Source: Candidatus Daviesbacteria bacterium (GTDB taxonomy: Bacteria > Patescibacteriota > Microgenomatia > Daviesbacterales > UBA10151). Taken from it: a stretch of DNA of 64,000 nt. The number at the start of each line of letters is the position of its first letter. The stretch's first letter is position 1. The notes under the pieces were generated by a model. It was not told where the DNA came from. It did no database searches and saw only the letters and a list, made by a program, of their open reading frames with translations. Location of the stretch: the NCBI GenBank assembly GCA_016187025.1, contig JACPKM010000001.1:384055-448054 (forward strand), given 5' to 3'. A program made the translations under genes and the position numbers. Below, one piece after another: positions 27,411-38,385 of this stretch.

Positions 27411-29837
27411 ATGAGTGATATATCAAGAATCATTTCGTCTCAACCAATAAAACTAAAGCCTACGATTCCAGTCGGCCCTTTAAGGGATACAGTAATTTTT
27501 CCTGGAAACTCTGTTCCTATAATTTCTGGCAGACCCAAATCAAAAGCTGCGCTTGATGCAGCCTGGGGTACTGATAAACTAATTGCTTTTGTTACCCAAA
27601 AAAACGCCCGGATTGAAGACCCTACTGAAAAAGATCTATACCAGGTTGGGACTGTTTGCCTGATAAGAAGAGTTGTAAAAAATCCGGAAGGTGAATATAC
27701 ACTTCAGGCAGAAGGTATTGCCAGAGTATTTTTAAAAAAGTTTACCCAAATTGATCCCTTCTTAGAAGCAGAAATTGAAGAAATTCCTGAGCTTTATGAA
27801 AAGAATGAACAGACTGAGGCGTTAATGCGTACTGTCAGAGAACAGCTCAAACGTTATCTGGAGCTTGGTGGTAACCCATTCCTAGATCAAACCGGACTGA
27901 CCAACTGGTCCCTGTTTACATACACTGAAGATCCTAACCAATTGGTAAACTCAGTTGCCCAGGCTATAGATTTTAAAACTATTGATAAACAGCAAATGCT
28001 GGAAAAAGTAGCTGCCTCAGAAAGACTGCAAAGACTTTCAGAACTTCTGGCAAAAGAGATAAGAATCATGGAGATTTCCCAAAAGATTTCTTCCCAGACC
28101 CAAGAAAGAGTGTCCCGTATGACCAAAGAAGCAATTTTAAGAGAGCAAATGAAAAGTATAGAGGAAGAGTTGGGAGGAGGAGACAGTGAACATCAGGAAA
28201 TTAGGGAGTTTGAGCTAAAGATTAGAAAAGCTGGTATGCCCAAAGTGGTTCAAGACAAAGCCAAAAAAGAGTTAGGTCGTTTAGCAAAGATGTCTTCCTA
28301 CAACCCTGAGGCTGGATATATCAGAAACTATCTGGAATGGTTAACTGATCTTCCCTGGAAAGCTTTTAAAGGCAAAAAAATAGACCTTAAAAAAGCACAA
28401 GAAATTTTGGATACAGACCATTACGGACTAAATAAAGTCAAAGAAAGAATTGTTGAGTATTTGGCTGTACATAAACTGGCTGGAAAAATGAGAGGACCAA
28501 TTCTTTGTTTTGCTGGGCCTCCTGGTACTGGAAAAACATCCATTGGTAAATCGATTGCCAAAGCCCTGGGAAGAAAGTTTGTCAAAATCTCTTTAGGAGG
28601 GATTAGGGATGAAGCTGAGATCAGAGGACACAGAAGAACTTATGTTGGCTCTATGCCAGGAAGGATTATTCAGGCTATTAAGCAAGCTGAAACTACCAAT
28701 CCAGTATTTATGTTGGATGAAATTGACAAAATTGGTACAGATTATAGAGGTGATCCTTCTGCTGCCTTACTTGAGGCGCTAGACCCAGAGCAAAACGATG
28801 CCTTCTCCGATCATTACCTGGAAGTTTCATATGATTTGTCTCATGTCATGTTTATTACAACTGCAAATATTTTAGATACGATCCCCCCTGCTTTAAGAGA
28901 TAGGTTGGAAGTTATTCTTTATCCAGGGTATACAGAAGATGAAAAATTCCATATCGCACAAAATTTTTTAATTCCTAAACAAATAGAAACACATGGTTTG
29001 AAAAAAGAGCAAATTCAGTTTGTTGATGATGCAGTAAAATCTATTATTAGAGAATACACCAGAGAGGCCGGAGTAAGGAATTTAGAAAGAGAGATTGCAG
29101 CAGTAATCAGAAAGATAGCAAGAAAAGTAGCTGAATCAAACAAGAAAACAGCTGCCAAATTTAAGATTACTCCTGATGATATACATAAATATTTAGGTCC
29201 AATCAAGTTCTTGCCACAACTTGCCGAGATTGAAGACACTATTGGAATGACTACTGGACTATCCGTTACTGAGGCAGGAGGAGATATTTTGTTTATAGAG
29301 GTAACATTGATGCCTGGTAAAGGACAGTTAATACTTACTGGTCAGTTAGGTGATGTTATGAAAGAATCAGGTCAAGCAGCAATGTCTTATGTCCGCGCGC
29401 ACTGGGCAGAACTGGGACTTCCTGAGAGATTTTTTAATAAGGTAGATGTGCATGTTCACGTTCCAGAAGGAGCTATTCCAAAAGATGGGCCTTCAGCCGG
29501 AATTTCTCTGACTACAGCCATAGTGTCTGCGTTCACTAAAATTCCTGTTAGAAAAGATGTAGCAATGACTGGTGAGGTAACTTTGCGGGGACGGGTACTG
29601 GAAATCGGTGGATTCAAACAAAAAGTTTTAGCAGCCCACAGAGCAGGAGTTAAAACTGTCATTGCTCCAAAAGATAACGAGAGAGACATGGAAGATATTC
29701 CAAGTTTTGTTAAAGATGATTTGAAGTTTTTCTTTGCCAAACATATGGATGATGTGTTAGAGGTTGCTTTGCTAAAGCTTCCAAAACCAAGTCATCAAAA
29801 AAACCTTCCTCTTCCGCCTTCAGCTTACGTAGCTTAA
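27411..29837 (+). CDS. lon: Lon protease (LonA)
   Basis: GPPGTGKT, LDEIDK, PKDGPSAG, TGE..LRG.V..IGG...K. Confidence 0.97.
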   Translation: MSDISRIISSQPIKLKPTIPVGPLRDTVIFPGNSVPIISGRPKSKAALDAAWGTDKLIAFVTQKNARIEDPTEKDLYQVGTVCLIRRVVKNPEGEYTLQAEGIARVFLKKFTQIDPFLEAEIEEIPELYEKNEQTEALMRTVREQLKRYLELGGNPFLDQTGLTNWSLFTYTEDPNQLVNSVAQAIDFKTIDKQQMLEKVAASERLQRLSELLAKEIRIMEISQKISSQTQERVSRMTKEAILREQMKSIEEELGGGDSEHQEIREFELKIRKAGMPKVVQDKAKKELGRLAKMSSYNPEAGYIRNYLEWLTDLPWKAFKGKKIDLKKAQEILDTDHYGLNKVKERIVEYLAVHKLAGKMRGPILCFAGPPGTGKTSIGKSIAKALGRKFVKISLGGIRDEAEIRGHRRTYVGSMPGRIIQAIKQAETTNPVFMLDEIDKIGTDYRGDPSAALLEALDPEQNDAFSDHYLEVSYDLSHVMFITTANILDTIPPALRDRLEVILYPGYTEDEKFHIAQNFLIPKQIETHGLKKEQIQFVDDAVKSIIREYTREAGVRNLEREIAAVIRKIARKVAESNKKTAAKFKITPDDIHKYLGPIKFLPQLAEIEDTIGMTTGLSVTEAGGDILFIEVTLMPGKGQLILTGQLGDVMKESGQAAMSYVRAHWAELGLPERFFNKVDVHVHVPEGAIPKDGPSAGISLTTAIVSAFTKIPVRKDVAMTGEVTLRGRVLEIGGFKQKVLAAHRAGVKTVIAPKDNERDMEDIPSFVKDDLKFFFAKHMDDVLEVALLKLPKPSHQKNLPLPPSAYVA

Positions 29838-29903
29838 TGGCAAAACCAGCTCAGTAATCTCTGAAAAAAATATGATATGCTATTTGCTAACTAAATTAGT
29901 TTA

Positions 29904-30593
29904 ATGGCAGGCAAACTTTTTAATCCAACTGTAGTACTATTTCTTGTTTCCTTATTAAATTTTTGGGTGTGGAGAATTTTTCAAGGTAATATTTTTTTAG
30001 GAGTAATTCTGCTTTTCTTAACTTTTATATTGTTTAGACTATACCAAGATAAAAAAGGGAAATTACTAATTGCTTTGCTCATCAGTATTGTATTAGTAAG
30101 CTTGTTTGTTCTAGGGGAAGGATGGGATAAAACAATCTTTGCCAAATCCCCTGCCCAGGTGCTTTTGCAAGATAGAAGACATGGGTATTTGGCAGATAAT
30201 CTGGGAAAAGCTTTTACCAATAAAGCGAGCCAAATTTTTTATGCCCGTTTTTCAACTCCCATTTATAAAATGCAGGAAAATGTTTTCTCAACTCTGGATC
30301 TAAATCTATATTTTTTTGCCAGTCATCCAAGGGAAAGAGCTGGAATAGATGATTTTGAAAAATATAGCTTTGTTTTCCTGCCTGTTTTTTTAATAGGATT
30401 TGTTAAGCTTTTGTCTGAAAAGAAAAAAATTGTTATTTATTATTTTTTGCTAGCTTTGGTTGTCAGCGCTTTTATATCTTCAAAATATAGGTTTGGTCCA
30501 GTTTTCTTTTTTCCATTAATAAACCTTGCTATAACTATTGGATTTTTATATTTAGTAAACTTTTTCCGAACAAAACTAAAATATGAAATTTAA
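29904..30593 (+). CDS. Membrane protein resembling the C-terminal part of GT-C glycosyltransferases
   Basis: Multiple TM helices; LDLNLYFF..HPRER; overlaps the next gene. Confidence 0.6.
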   Translation: MAGKLFNPTVVLFLVSLLNFWVWRIFQGNIFLGVILLFLTFILFRLYQDKKGKLLIALLISIVLVSLFVLGEGWDKTIFAKSPAQVLLQDRRHGYLADNLGKAFTNKASQIFYARFSTPIYKMQENVFSTLDLNLYFFASHPRERAGIDDFEKYSFVFLPVFLIGFVKLLSEKKKIVIYYFLLALVVSAFISSKYRFGPVFFFPLINLAITIGFLYLVNFFRTKLKYEI

Positions 30594-32169
30594 AATCATT
30601 TTTGCCTTAGCGTCTGTCTTACTTATTGCTTCTGTCCTGCGCTTTTTCTTCCTTGACCAACTACCTCCAGGGTTAAATACAGATGAAGCTTCCCAAGGAT
30701 ACGATGCTTATTCTCTGCTTTTGACAGGTAAGGATCAGTGGGGGAAATCTTTTCCAATCTTTCTGCGGTCTTTTGGCAGTTACCAATCCCCTCTTTATAC
30801 CTATTTGACTATAATCCCAACTTTTTTTTGGGATATCAGCATTTTTTCTACCCGGTTTATCTCAGCTCTATCAGGAGTATCCATAGTTTTTTTAACCTTT
30901 TTAATTATTCGAAAAATCGAAGACAGGGCAAATATAGAAATCTCTTTAATATCTTCATTGATGGTAGCAATTTCTCCCTGGGCTATATTTTTTAGTAGAA
31001 ACGCCACAGAAGCAAATTTGGCACTGGCAATATTTTTAGGGGCAGTTTATCTGCTGTTACTTTCTTTAAAAAATATCAATTTTCTCCCCCTTTCTTTTTT
31101 GCTTTTGGGAATTTCCACTTATGCATATCATGCCCAAAGGGTAATAACCCTAATTTTTATTGCTTTCTGCTTTTTTGCATTCAGAAGATACTTTTTTAAA
31201 AAGCAAATTCTATTTGTAGTATCTGTTGCAATCTTTTTAGTGATACAAATTCCTCAGTTTTTATTAATCAATACACCTGGTGCAAATAGGAGATTGGAAC
31301 AAGTAAATTATTTCAAGCAAGCAAAGGGTAGTGTGGTAGACAAAAGTATATTTATAGTTAGGAAATTCTCTGCTCAGTATAGTGCCTATTTATCCCCCAA
31401 CAATTTGTTTTTTAACCCAGATCCACAAGGAGTTCGCTCTATTCCCCAAATGAGCGTTTTTTATAGCTTTATGATTATTCCATTTTTGTTTGGTATCAAA
31501 GAAATATTGAAACGATGGATAGATCCACTGGTTAAAATATTATTATTTGCTGGTTTGATCAGCTTAGTGCCTTCTGCGTTTACAGGAGAACCTTTTTATA
31601 CTATGCGGGTACTGCCCTATTTATGGGTTATAAGCTTGGTAATAGGTTTTGGAGGATATTCGATTTTAAATCTTTTGAGGCAAAAAGTTGTAAAAGTTTT
31701 AGCTTTAGTTTTATTGTTAGGTTTTTCTATACCTTGTTTTTATATCAATTACTTTATTTTTCTAAAATACGAAAGAGCAGATTATTATGAATACCCTTTT
31801 GTTGAAGTGGCCAAAGAAAGCGAAAGGTTAAAAGATGAGCAGTTTGTTGTTGATACAGGTCGAGAACCACAACTATATATTCTTTTTGCTTTCTATAAAA
31901 AATATGATCCAAAAAAATTCCAAGAGGAAAATGGATTGCAAAATATAGCTGACTACTATTATCAAACAGAGCTATCAAAAAAGCATACTGTGGGAAACGT
32001 TGAATTAAAGCCTATTGATTGGAAAGATGCCAGCACTGAAAAGATTTTAGTCGGTGATGAGGTAGCTATATCAGATCCACAAGTAAAGGATCATAATTTG
32101 ATGTTGCTAAAAGAGTTTAAAGATTTAGAAGGTGAGATGGCAGTGAGGGCTTTTAAAAGCAGTTTTTAA
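30583..32169 (+). CDS. ArnT/PMT-like GT-C glycosyltransferase
   Basis: PPGLNTDEASQGYDAYSLL.TG.D.WG, ISPW...SR. Confidence 0.85.
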   Translation: MKFKIIFALASVLLIASVLRFFFLDQLPPGLNTDEASQGYDAYSLLLTGKDQWGKSFPIFLRSFGSYQSPLYTYLTIIPTFFWDISIFSTRFISALSGVSIVFLTFLIIRKIEDRANIEISLISSLMVAISPWAIFFSRNATEANLALAIFLGAVYLLLLSLKNINFLPLSFLLLGISTYAYHAQRVITLIFIAFCFFAFRRYFFKKQILFVVSVAIFLVIQIPQFLLINTPGANRRLEQVNYFKQAKGSVVDKSIFIVRKFSAQYSAYLSPNNLFFNPDPQGVRSIPQMSVFYSFMIIPFLFGIKEILKRWIDPLVKILLFAGLISLVPSAFTGEPFYTMRVLPYLWVISLVIGFGGYSILNLLRQKVVKVLALVLLLGFSIPCFYINYFIFLKYERADYYEYPFVEVAKESERLKDEQFVVDTGREPQLYILFAFYKKYDPKKFQEENGLQNIADYYYQTELSKKHTVGNVELKPIDWKDASTEKILVGDEVAISDPQVKDHNLMLLKEFKDLEGEMAVRAFKSSF

Positions 32170-32236
32170 TTTTTTCCCTGCTTGACTTCCAGTAGCCTCA
32201 TAGTGTAAATTTTTAGTATTCTGCCTCAAATATTTC

Positions 32237-34243
32237 ATGGAACTTATCTTAAATAACACAAATTTAATCATCTGGGCTGCTGTTGTAGCTGCTTTAGGTT
32301 ATGGCGGTTGGTTAATTGCAGATGTATTAAAAAAGGATGCTGGCAATGAAAAGATGCAAGAGATTGCATCTGCAATTCAAATTGGTGCAGCAGCTTACCT
32401 ACAAAGACAATATTTAGTAGTTGGAGCAGTTGCTGCTGTTTTAGGGGCTATCATTTATTATTTTCTCGGCCAGAATAGTGCTATTGGATTTTTAGTTGGT
32501 GCAGTGCTTTCTGCTCTGGCTGGATTTATTGGTATGAGTGTTGCAGTGAGGGCAAATGTTAGGGTGGCTGAGGCTGCCAAGGGCGGATTATCAGATGCAT
32601 TTAATTTAGCCTACAAGGGTGGTGCAGTAACAGGATTTTTAGTAGTAGGTTTGGCTTTGGGTGCAGTTTATGGTTTTTACCAGTTTACAGATGGAGATTT
32701 AAGGGCCTTAACTGGTTTAGCATTTGGTAGCTCTTTGATTTCGGTTTTTGCCAGACTTGGAGGAGGAATATTTACAAAGGGTGCTGATGTGGGGGCTGAT
32801 TTAGTAGGAAAAGTAGAAGCGGGAATTCCTGAGGATGATCCCAGAAATCCGGCAGTAATTGCAGACAATGTTGGCGATAATGTCGGAGATGATGCCGGAA
32901 TGGCAGCAGATATTTTTGAAACCTATGTTGTCACAGCAGCAGCTGCAATCATTTTAGGACAATTGGTTTTTCCAGCTTTTGACCAGGCTTTAACTTATCC
33001 TTTGGTTATATTGGCGCTGGCAATTTTTGCCTCAGTTGTGGGAAGTCTATTTGTTCGTCTCGCAAGTAAAAATATTATGGGAGCCTTATATAAAGGTCTT
33101 ATTATCACATCTGTGTTGTCAGCAATTTTGTTTTATCCTGCAACATCAGTACTGATGGGTGGTAATGATTTATACGGGGTTATTAATCTCTACCTTGCTT
33201 CATTGCTGGGAATCTTAGTTACTGCTGGAATGGTTTGGATTACTGAGTACTACACTGGTACCCAATATAATCCTGTAAGACATATTGCCGAAAGCTCAGT
33301 GACAGGGCATGGAACAAATGTGATTGCAGGGCTTGCGGTCTCGATGAAATCAACATTTTTCCCAGTTATTTTGATTTCTGCAGCAGTTCTAGCTGCATAT
33401 TCTTTAGCAGGACTATATGGGATCGCCTTGGCTGCAATTGCAATGCTTTCTCTATCTGGGGTGGTGGTTGCAATTGATGCATTTGGTCCAATTACAGATA
33501 ACGCCGGTGGGATTGCCGAGATGGCCAATTTACCAAGCAAAGTAAGAAACGTCACTGATCCATTGGATGCAGTTGGAAACACTACAAAAGCTGTTACTAA
33601 AGGCTATGCCATAGGTTCTGCAGGACTTGCAGCATTGGTTCTTTTTGCAGCATATGCTGAAGAATTTACAGCACTGGGTAGAAGTTTATTATTTGACCTA
33701 TCTGATCCTAGAGTGATAGTGGGACTTTTTATTGGTGGATCACTCCCTTACCTGTTTGCTTCCTATGCTATGGATGCAGTTGGTAAAGCTGGGGGGGCAG
33801 TTGTAGAAGAGGTCAGAAGGCAGTTTAAGAAAATTAAAGGGATTATGGAAGGAACTGCCAAACCCGATTATGCTGCTTGTGTTTCCATTGTCACTGCTGC
33901 AGCACAGAAAGAGATGATGATTCCAGCTTTAATTCCGGTTTTGGCTCCGGTCATAGTAGGGTTTACCTTGGGTCCTGTTGCCTTAGGGGGGATGCTGGTT
34001 GGATCTATTGTGACAGGTATATTTGTAGCAGTTTCTATGACAACCGGTGGAGCAGCTTGGGATAATGCTAAAAAATACATTGAATCAGGAAAGTATGGCG
34101 GAAAGGGGTCTGAAACCCACAAAGCTGCCGTGACTGGTGATACAGTAGGAGATCCATATAAGGACACGGCAGGACCTGCCATTAATCCTATGATTAAGGT
34201 GGTTAATATAGTTGCGTTACTTCTAGTTCCATTTTTAAGATAA
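32237..34243 (+). CDS. hppA: Membrane H+-translocating pyrophosphatase, K+-independent type
   Basis: [33 protein letters not shown] (Lys at the K+-determining site), [10 protein letters not shown]. Confidence 0.95.
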   Translation: MELILNNTNLIIWAAVVAALGYGGWLIADVLKKDAGNEKMQEIASAIQIGAAAYLQRQYLVVGAVAAVLGAIIYYFLGQNSAIGFLVGAVLSALAGFIGMSVAVRANVRVAEAAKGGLSDAFNLAYKGGAVTGFLVVGLALGAVYGFYQFTDGDLRALTGLAFGSSLISVFARLGGGIFTKGADVGADLVGKVEAGIPEDDPRNPAVIADNVGDNVGDDAGMAADIFETYVVTAAAAIILGQLVFPAFDQALTYPLVILALAIFASVVGSLFVRLASKNIMGALYKGLIITSVLSAILFYPATSVLMGGNDLYGVINLYLASLLGILVTAGMVWITEYYTGTQYNPVRHIAESSVTGHGTNVIAGLAVSMKSTFFPVILISAAVLAAYSLAGLYGIALAAIAMLSLSGVVVAIDAFGPITDNAGGIAEMANLPSKVRNVTDPLDAVGNTTKAVTKGYAIGSAGLAALVLFAAYAEEFTALGRSLLFDLSDPRVIVGLFIGGSLPYLFASYAMDAVGKAGGAVVEEVRRQFKKIKGIMEGTAKPDYAACVSIVTAAAQKEMMIPALIPVLAPVIVGFTLGPVALGGMLVGSIVTGIFVAVSMTTGGAAWDNAKKYIESGKYGGKGSETHKAAVTGDTVGDPYKDTAGPAINPMIKVVNIVALLLVPFLR

Positions 34244-34271
34244 ACTCCACACTAGAAGATTTTTGGGTATT

Positions 34272-34727
34272 TTACTTATTAGTTTGAGGAAGAACGGTTG
34301 CTGGGTCTGATGTTGGACTGGCTGTAGTTGAACTGTTTCCAGCAGGCTGACCATTTAATGCATTTTTTACCTCATTTACAATCTGATCAGGGGTATAAGA
34401 TCCTTTGATTAAATAAGCCTGTGCTCCCAGCTCAAAACCCTCTTTAATTACTGCTTCCTGGCCTAAATTAGTCAGTAAAACCACGATAGTATTTGAATTA
34501 GGGTTTTTTGCTTTAAACTCTTTTAAAACCTGTAGTCCATTAAGTCCCGGAAGCATTATATCAAGCAAAAGAAGGTCAAACTTTTCTGACAAAAGTATAT
34601 TAAGGCCGCTATTTCCATCTGGAGCTGATTTTACTTCAAATCCAGCTTTGACAAGCTCTCTTACATATAAATCCCTAATAAAATCTTCATCTTCAATAAG
34701 GAGTAACTTTTTATTTTGCGAAGCCAT
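34272..34727 (-). CDS. Single-domain response regulator with a P/T/S-rich tail
   Basis: IEDE, LLDIMLPG..G, LTN, YLIK. Confidence 0.9.
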   Translation of the reverse strand: MASQNKKLLLIEDEDFIRDLYVRELVKAGFEVKSAPDGNSGLNILLSEKFDLLLLDIMLPGLNGLQVLKEFKAKNPNSNTIVVLLTNLGQEAVIKEGFELGAQAYLIKGSYTPDQIVNEVKNALNGQPAGNSSTTASPTSDPATVLPQTNK

Positions 34728-34768
34728 AAAAAACATTGTATGGGAAAAACTATTTTTGCGCAAGATAC

Positions 34769-36271
34769 CTAATGAACCACAGGGGGATTTAAATAATTTT
34801 GCATACGCATTTCTAGGGCACCTTTTTGTTGTAGTGAATCAGAAGTAGTGGCAATAGGTAAACTGAAGTGGAATTTAGAGCCTGTTCCTATTTCAGACTC
34901 CACCCAAATTTTCCCTTTTAAATTGTCTATAATAGATTTTGAAATATACAGTCCCAGGCCAGTCCCCTGTTTGTAATTAGGATCCAGGGTTGAAGCTGCC
35001 CTGAAAAACTTGTTAAATAAACGCGGAATAGCTTCTTTTGGTATACCCATACCTGTATCTTCTATTGTTGTGATAACCTCATTTGGTGTGGTTTGAGTAT
35101 ACACTGTGACTTTTCCACCGCTTTTGGTGTAGTTAACGGCATTAGAAACCAGGTTATTTACCACCTCAGTAATGCGGGTAGTATCGGCCATAACCTTTGG
35201 CAGGGGAGTAGCTGGCAGGGTTAGCGAAAGTATAATACTTTTCTGCTTTGCTTGGTTTTGCAAGTCTTCCACTGCTTTAGTTAAGGTAGCACTCCAGTCA
35301 ATTGGCTCAGGAGAAATAACAAGTCTTTGACGCTCTATTTTATTTACGTTTAACAAATTGATGACTAAGGTGTAAAGCCTTTGGGCAGAAGCAAGGGATT
35401 TTTCCAACAGCTCAAGCTCTTCTTTTGTAATCTTTTGTCTATTTTCATCTATAAACACTTTTAGATAACCAATTATACTTGTTAAAGGGGTTCTGAGCTC
35501 ATGGGAGGCCATGGATACAAAATCAAGCTTCATCTGTTCTAACTCACTTTCTTTAGTTAAATCATGAATTACTAAAATGCATCCTAAATTAGATTGTAGA
35601 TTGCCAGTAATTGGCAGCCCAGAAAGGATAATGTCTGTTTGCTTGCTATCTTTGCCAATCAGTTTCAGGGACTGATCAGAAGTAAAAGGGGAGCTTGGCT
35701 GGTCAGAGAAACTAAGTGGACAATAGTTTTTTGCCATAATCTCCTCCCGTTTAGAAAATACTTTCATAAATTGATCTACTGGTCTGTTTATCATTTCCTG
35801 AAGCGTAAAGCCGGTTATTTTCTGAGCAGCGGTGTTTGCAAAAAGCACATTTTTATGAAGATCTACCGCAATAATTCCATCTGTAATTGAGGACAAGATC
35901 AGGTTTAGCTTACTGGTTTGTGATGATAAAATCCCCTTTTCTTCCTCAACTTTGTCCACAACTTGTTTTACAGATAACATCATTTGGTTTAAGGCGGTTG
36001 AAATATCCCCCAGCTCATCGTTTGAGTGTATTTCTGCTTTTGTACCGATATTTCCACTGGAGATAACTTTAAGGGTAAAAAAAAGCTTTTCCAAGGGTTT
36101 TAAAAAGACAAAACTTAAAAATATTCCTCCTGCTCCGCTAAATACAATGAGTAAAGAGGTCAAAAGCTTATTATCTAAAAAATTATAAAAGATAAGGGAT
36201 AAAAAAGATACCAGCCCAATTATAAAGGCAATTTTTAGCCGGAGCGATTTCTTAAGAGGTTGATTGGGCAT
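34769..36271 (-). CDS. Sensor histidine kinase (2 TM-HAMP-PAS-HisKA-HATPase)
   Basis: SHELRTPL, NLVSNAVNY, DTGMGI, GTGLGL. Confidence 0.93.
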   Translation of the reverse strand: MPNQPLKKSLRLKIAFIIGLVSFLSLIFYNFLDNKLLTSLLIVFSGAGGIFLSFVFLKPLEKLFFTLKVISSGNIGTKAEIHSNDELGDISTALNQMMLSVKQVVDKVEEEKGILSSQTSKLNLILSSITDGIIAVDLHKNVLFANTAAQKITGFTLQEMINRPVDQFMKVFSKREEIMAKNYCPLSFSDQPSSPFTSDQSLKLIGKDSKQTDIILSGLPITGNLQSNLGCILVIHDLTKESELEQMKLDFVSMASHELRTPLTSIIGYLKVFIDENRQKITKEELELLEKSLASAQRLYTLVINLLNVNKIERQRLVISPEPIDWSATLTKAVEDLQNQAKQKSIILSLTLPATPLPKVMADTTRITEVVNNLVSNAVNYTKSGGKVTVYTQTTPNEVITTIEDTGMGIPKEAIPRLFNKFFRAASTLDPNYKQGTGLGLYISKSIIDNLKGKIWVESEIGTGSKFHFSLPIATTSDSLQQKGALEMRMQNYLNPPVVH

Positions 36272-36280
36272 TCTCTTCTC

Positions 36281-36823
36281 CTATCCTTTTTTGGATGATT
36301 TTTCCGATTTGTTAAAAACATCCCAAAAGGGGAGGATAAATCTATCCAATCCATACCAACCTGCTACTTTCCATGCCAGCATTATAAAAATTTGACCTAT
36401 TAATAGTACTGGATTAATGCTGACAGTACCAGCCAGAAGATAGTTCATATTCATTAATGCTCCAAAAAATGCTGCAACACCTGTTAGTGCACCCAATATT
36501 AGTCCTATTCCGACTGCAATTTCACCATAGGTGACCAAGTATGAGAATACTACACTATTGGGTAAGGCTATGTTTTGTACAAAAGCTGCATACCAATCTT
36601 GTACATCTGGATGAGGACCGGAAGCTTTTTCCAATGCCTTTGTTAAAAACCCCTGGACAGCCACTCCTGCTTTAGCGCCCGTCCAGGCTGGATTAAAAAG
36701 CTTATTCCACCCAGCATCAACCCATTCCCATCCTACATAGACTCTTAAAATCAACCACAACCAAGAGAAACTAGTTGTATTATAAAGCAGGTTAGAAATA
36801 GAAGAATCTTTTACACCAGTCAC
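36281..36823 (-). CDS. DoxX / thiosulfate:quinone oxidoreductase small-subunit-like membrane protein
   Basis: LRVYVGWEW..AG..K, GE..VGIGLILG, AG..GLD. Confidence 0.8.
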   Translation of the reverse strand: MTGVKDSSISNLLYNTTSFSWLWLILRVYVGWEWVDAGWNKLFNPAWTGAKAGVAVQGFLTKALEKASGPHPDVQDWYAAFVQNIALPNSVVFSYLVTYGEIAVGIGLILGALTGVAAFFGALMNMNYLLAGTVSINPVLLIGQIFIMLAWKVAGWYGLDRFILPFWDVFNKSEKSSKKG

Positions 36824-36861
36824 AATTTTACCGTAGCATGTAAAACCTTTATTGGCAACTA

Positions 36862-37512
36862 CTAGTTAATTTCTACAACGGATACAGCCAAATTATCTCC
36901 CTGGTATAAAAACACAAACTTTACTAACTTTTGTTTATTGTTTGTAACATAAAGATTTTGTTTGGCATTAGCAAGCTCTGCTCCGGGGTTATAAAATATA
37001 GAAACACCATCTTTTTGATCAATTTGAGGAATCTGGGCAAAATCATGGTTTGTAGGAGCCAGTACCTCCAATCCAGCTTCTTCGGCAACCCATCTAATTA
37101 ATGAAGCAAAATGGCATACCCCATCTCCATAAAGGTACCCACTAAATTTATAGCCATCCTGGGCATTAAAATAAGTATTAGTAGTTTTTACCACTCTTTT
37201 TTCTTTGTATTCCGGCAATATATCTTTATGAAAGGCAAATGATTCACCAGGGTTTAGAATAAATTCATAATTTGAAGGCTTTCTAACCTGCTCCCAATTT
37301 ACATTTTTGGGGTCAGACACTATCCCTTCCAGATATGCTAGGTTTAAAAGGATGTTGTCTTTGAATACCTCATTTACAAAAGGTACTTCATGTCTTATTG
37401 CCAATGAAATCTCCTGCTCTGCAAGCAAGTGCTCATTTGCAGGAGTTGCTAATACTTGGTTAAAGCCTAAAATAGAAATTAATGCAGAAGTTTGGACTAC
37501 TTTGCTAATCAT
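36862..37512 (-). CDS. Exported VanW-domain-like protein (start uncertain, 37512 or 37557)
   Basis: L.PGESFAF, GDGVCHFAS, NH motifs. Confidence 0.65.
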   Translation of the reverse strand: MISKVVQTSALISILGFNQVLATPANEHLLAEQEISLAIRHEVPFVNEVFKDNILLNLAYLEGIVSDPKNVNWEQVRKPSNYEFILNPGESFAFHKDILPEYKEKRVVKTTNTYFNAQDGYKFSGYLYGDGVCHFASLIRWVAEEAGLEVLAPTNHDFAQIPQIDQKDGVSIFYNPGAELANAKQNLYVTNNKQKLVKFVFLYQGDNLAVSVVEIN

Positions 37513-37645
37513 AATAAAACAGGCTAGATATGCCTGTAATAACTCATAGTATAACATACTATAAGTCCTAAATCAACCCTATAGCCTCCTTATTAGTTTT
37601 TGATTTAATGGGTAGTTAATTGGTATAATGTGGCTCGTTTAGTAT

Positions 37646-37719
37646 GCCGCCATCGTCTAGTGGCTTAGGACATCGGATTCTCATTCCGAAAATCACGGGT
37701 TCAAATCCCGTTGGCGGTA
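37646..37719 (+). tRNA. tRNA-Glu (anticodon CTC); CCA end not encoded
   Basis: Acceptor GCCGCCA/TGGCGGT, anticodon arm TCGGA-TTCTCAT-TCCGA, T arm ACGGG-TTCAAAT-CCCGT; TGGTATAAT upstream. Confidence 0.92.
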
Positions 37720-37779
37720 CTAAATTTTTAATAAGATTCATACAATATGGGTAGTCCTTAAGACAATCTGTTAAAACGA

Positions 37780-37808
37780 TTGACATTTGTCGTGTTTTCT
37801 CCTAGAAT
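37780..37808 (+). promoter_or_regulatory. greA promoter
   Basis: TTGACA-17 nt-TAGAAT. Confidence 0.75.
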
Positions 37809-37832
37809 TTGCAAAACAGCCCAGAGAAGAAA

Positions 37833-38384
37833 ATGAAAAAACCCTCTACAAAGCTAAGTAGGGATAAGAATGAATTAACTCCTAAAAAAGGTGAGGGTTC
37901 CTCCTCAGGCGCACGCAGGGCTTCAACAAAAGTTATCTATGTAACCCAAAAAGGGCTTTCTGATGCTCACAAAGAATTAGACGAGTTACGGAACAAAGAA
38001 CGTCCTAAAGTAGCTGAAAAAATTCAACAAGCCAGAGAATATGGTGATCTGTCGGAAAACTCAGAATATGAGGCAGCCCTATCAGAGCAATCCTTAATTG
38101 AAAGCCGTATCAGCGAGCTTGAAGAAGTTATCAAAAGCTCTAAAGTTATTGTAGAAAATCATTCTCTGGATTTTGTAGTCATCGGTTCTTCGGTAACATT
38201 GGAGATGGGAGATGAGGTGGATGAATTTACTATTGTAGGAAGACTCGAAGCTGATCCGGCTAAAAAGCGGATTTCCAACGAATCCCCTCTTGGGGCTGCT
38301 TTATTGGGAGCCAGGACTGGTGAGGTAGTAGAAGTTGCAACACCAATTGTGAGATATAAGTGTAAGGTATTGGAGATCAAATAG
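37833..38384 (+). CDS. greA: Transcription elongation factor GreA with a basic N-terminal extension
   Basis: AREYGDLSENSEY, ISNESPLG.AL. Confidence 0.95.
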   Translation: MKKPSTKLSRDKNELTPKKGEGSSSGARRASTKVIYVTQKGLSDAHKELDELRNKERPKVAEKIQQAREYGDLSENSEYEAALSEQSLIESRISELEEVIKSSKVIVENHSLDFVVIGSSVTLEMGDEVDEFTIVGRLEADPAKKRISNESPLGAALLGARTGEVVEVATPIVRYKCKVLEIK

Positions 38385-38385
38385 A

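Noticed and set aside
36862-37557. VanW-like gene as vancomycin resistance
   Set aside because: No vanHAX or vanRS cluster; VanW domains are widespread in cell-wall proteins.
37646-37780. tRNA-Glu as an integration site for an island
   Set aside because: No integrase and no duplicated tRNA 3' end seen in the window; greA follows directly.
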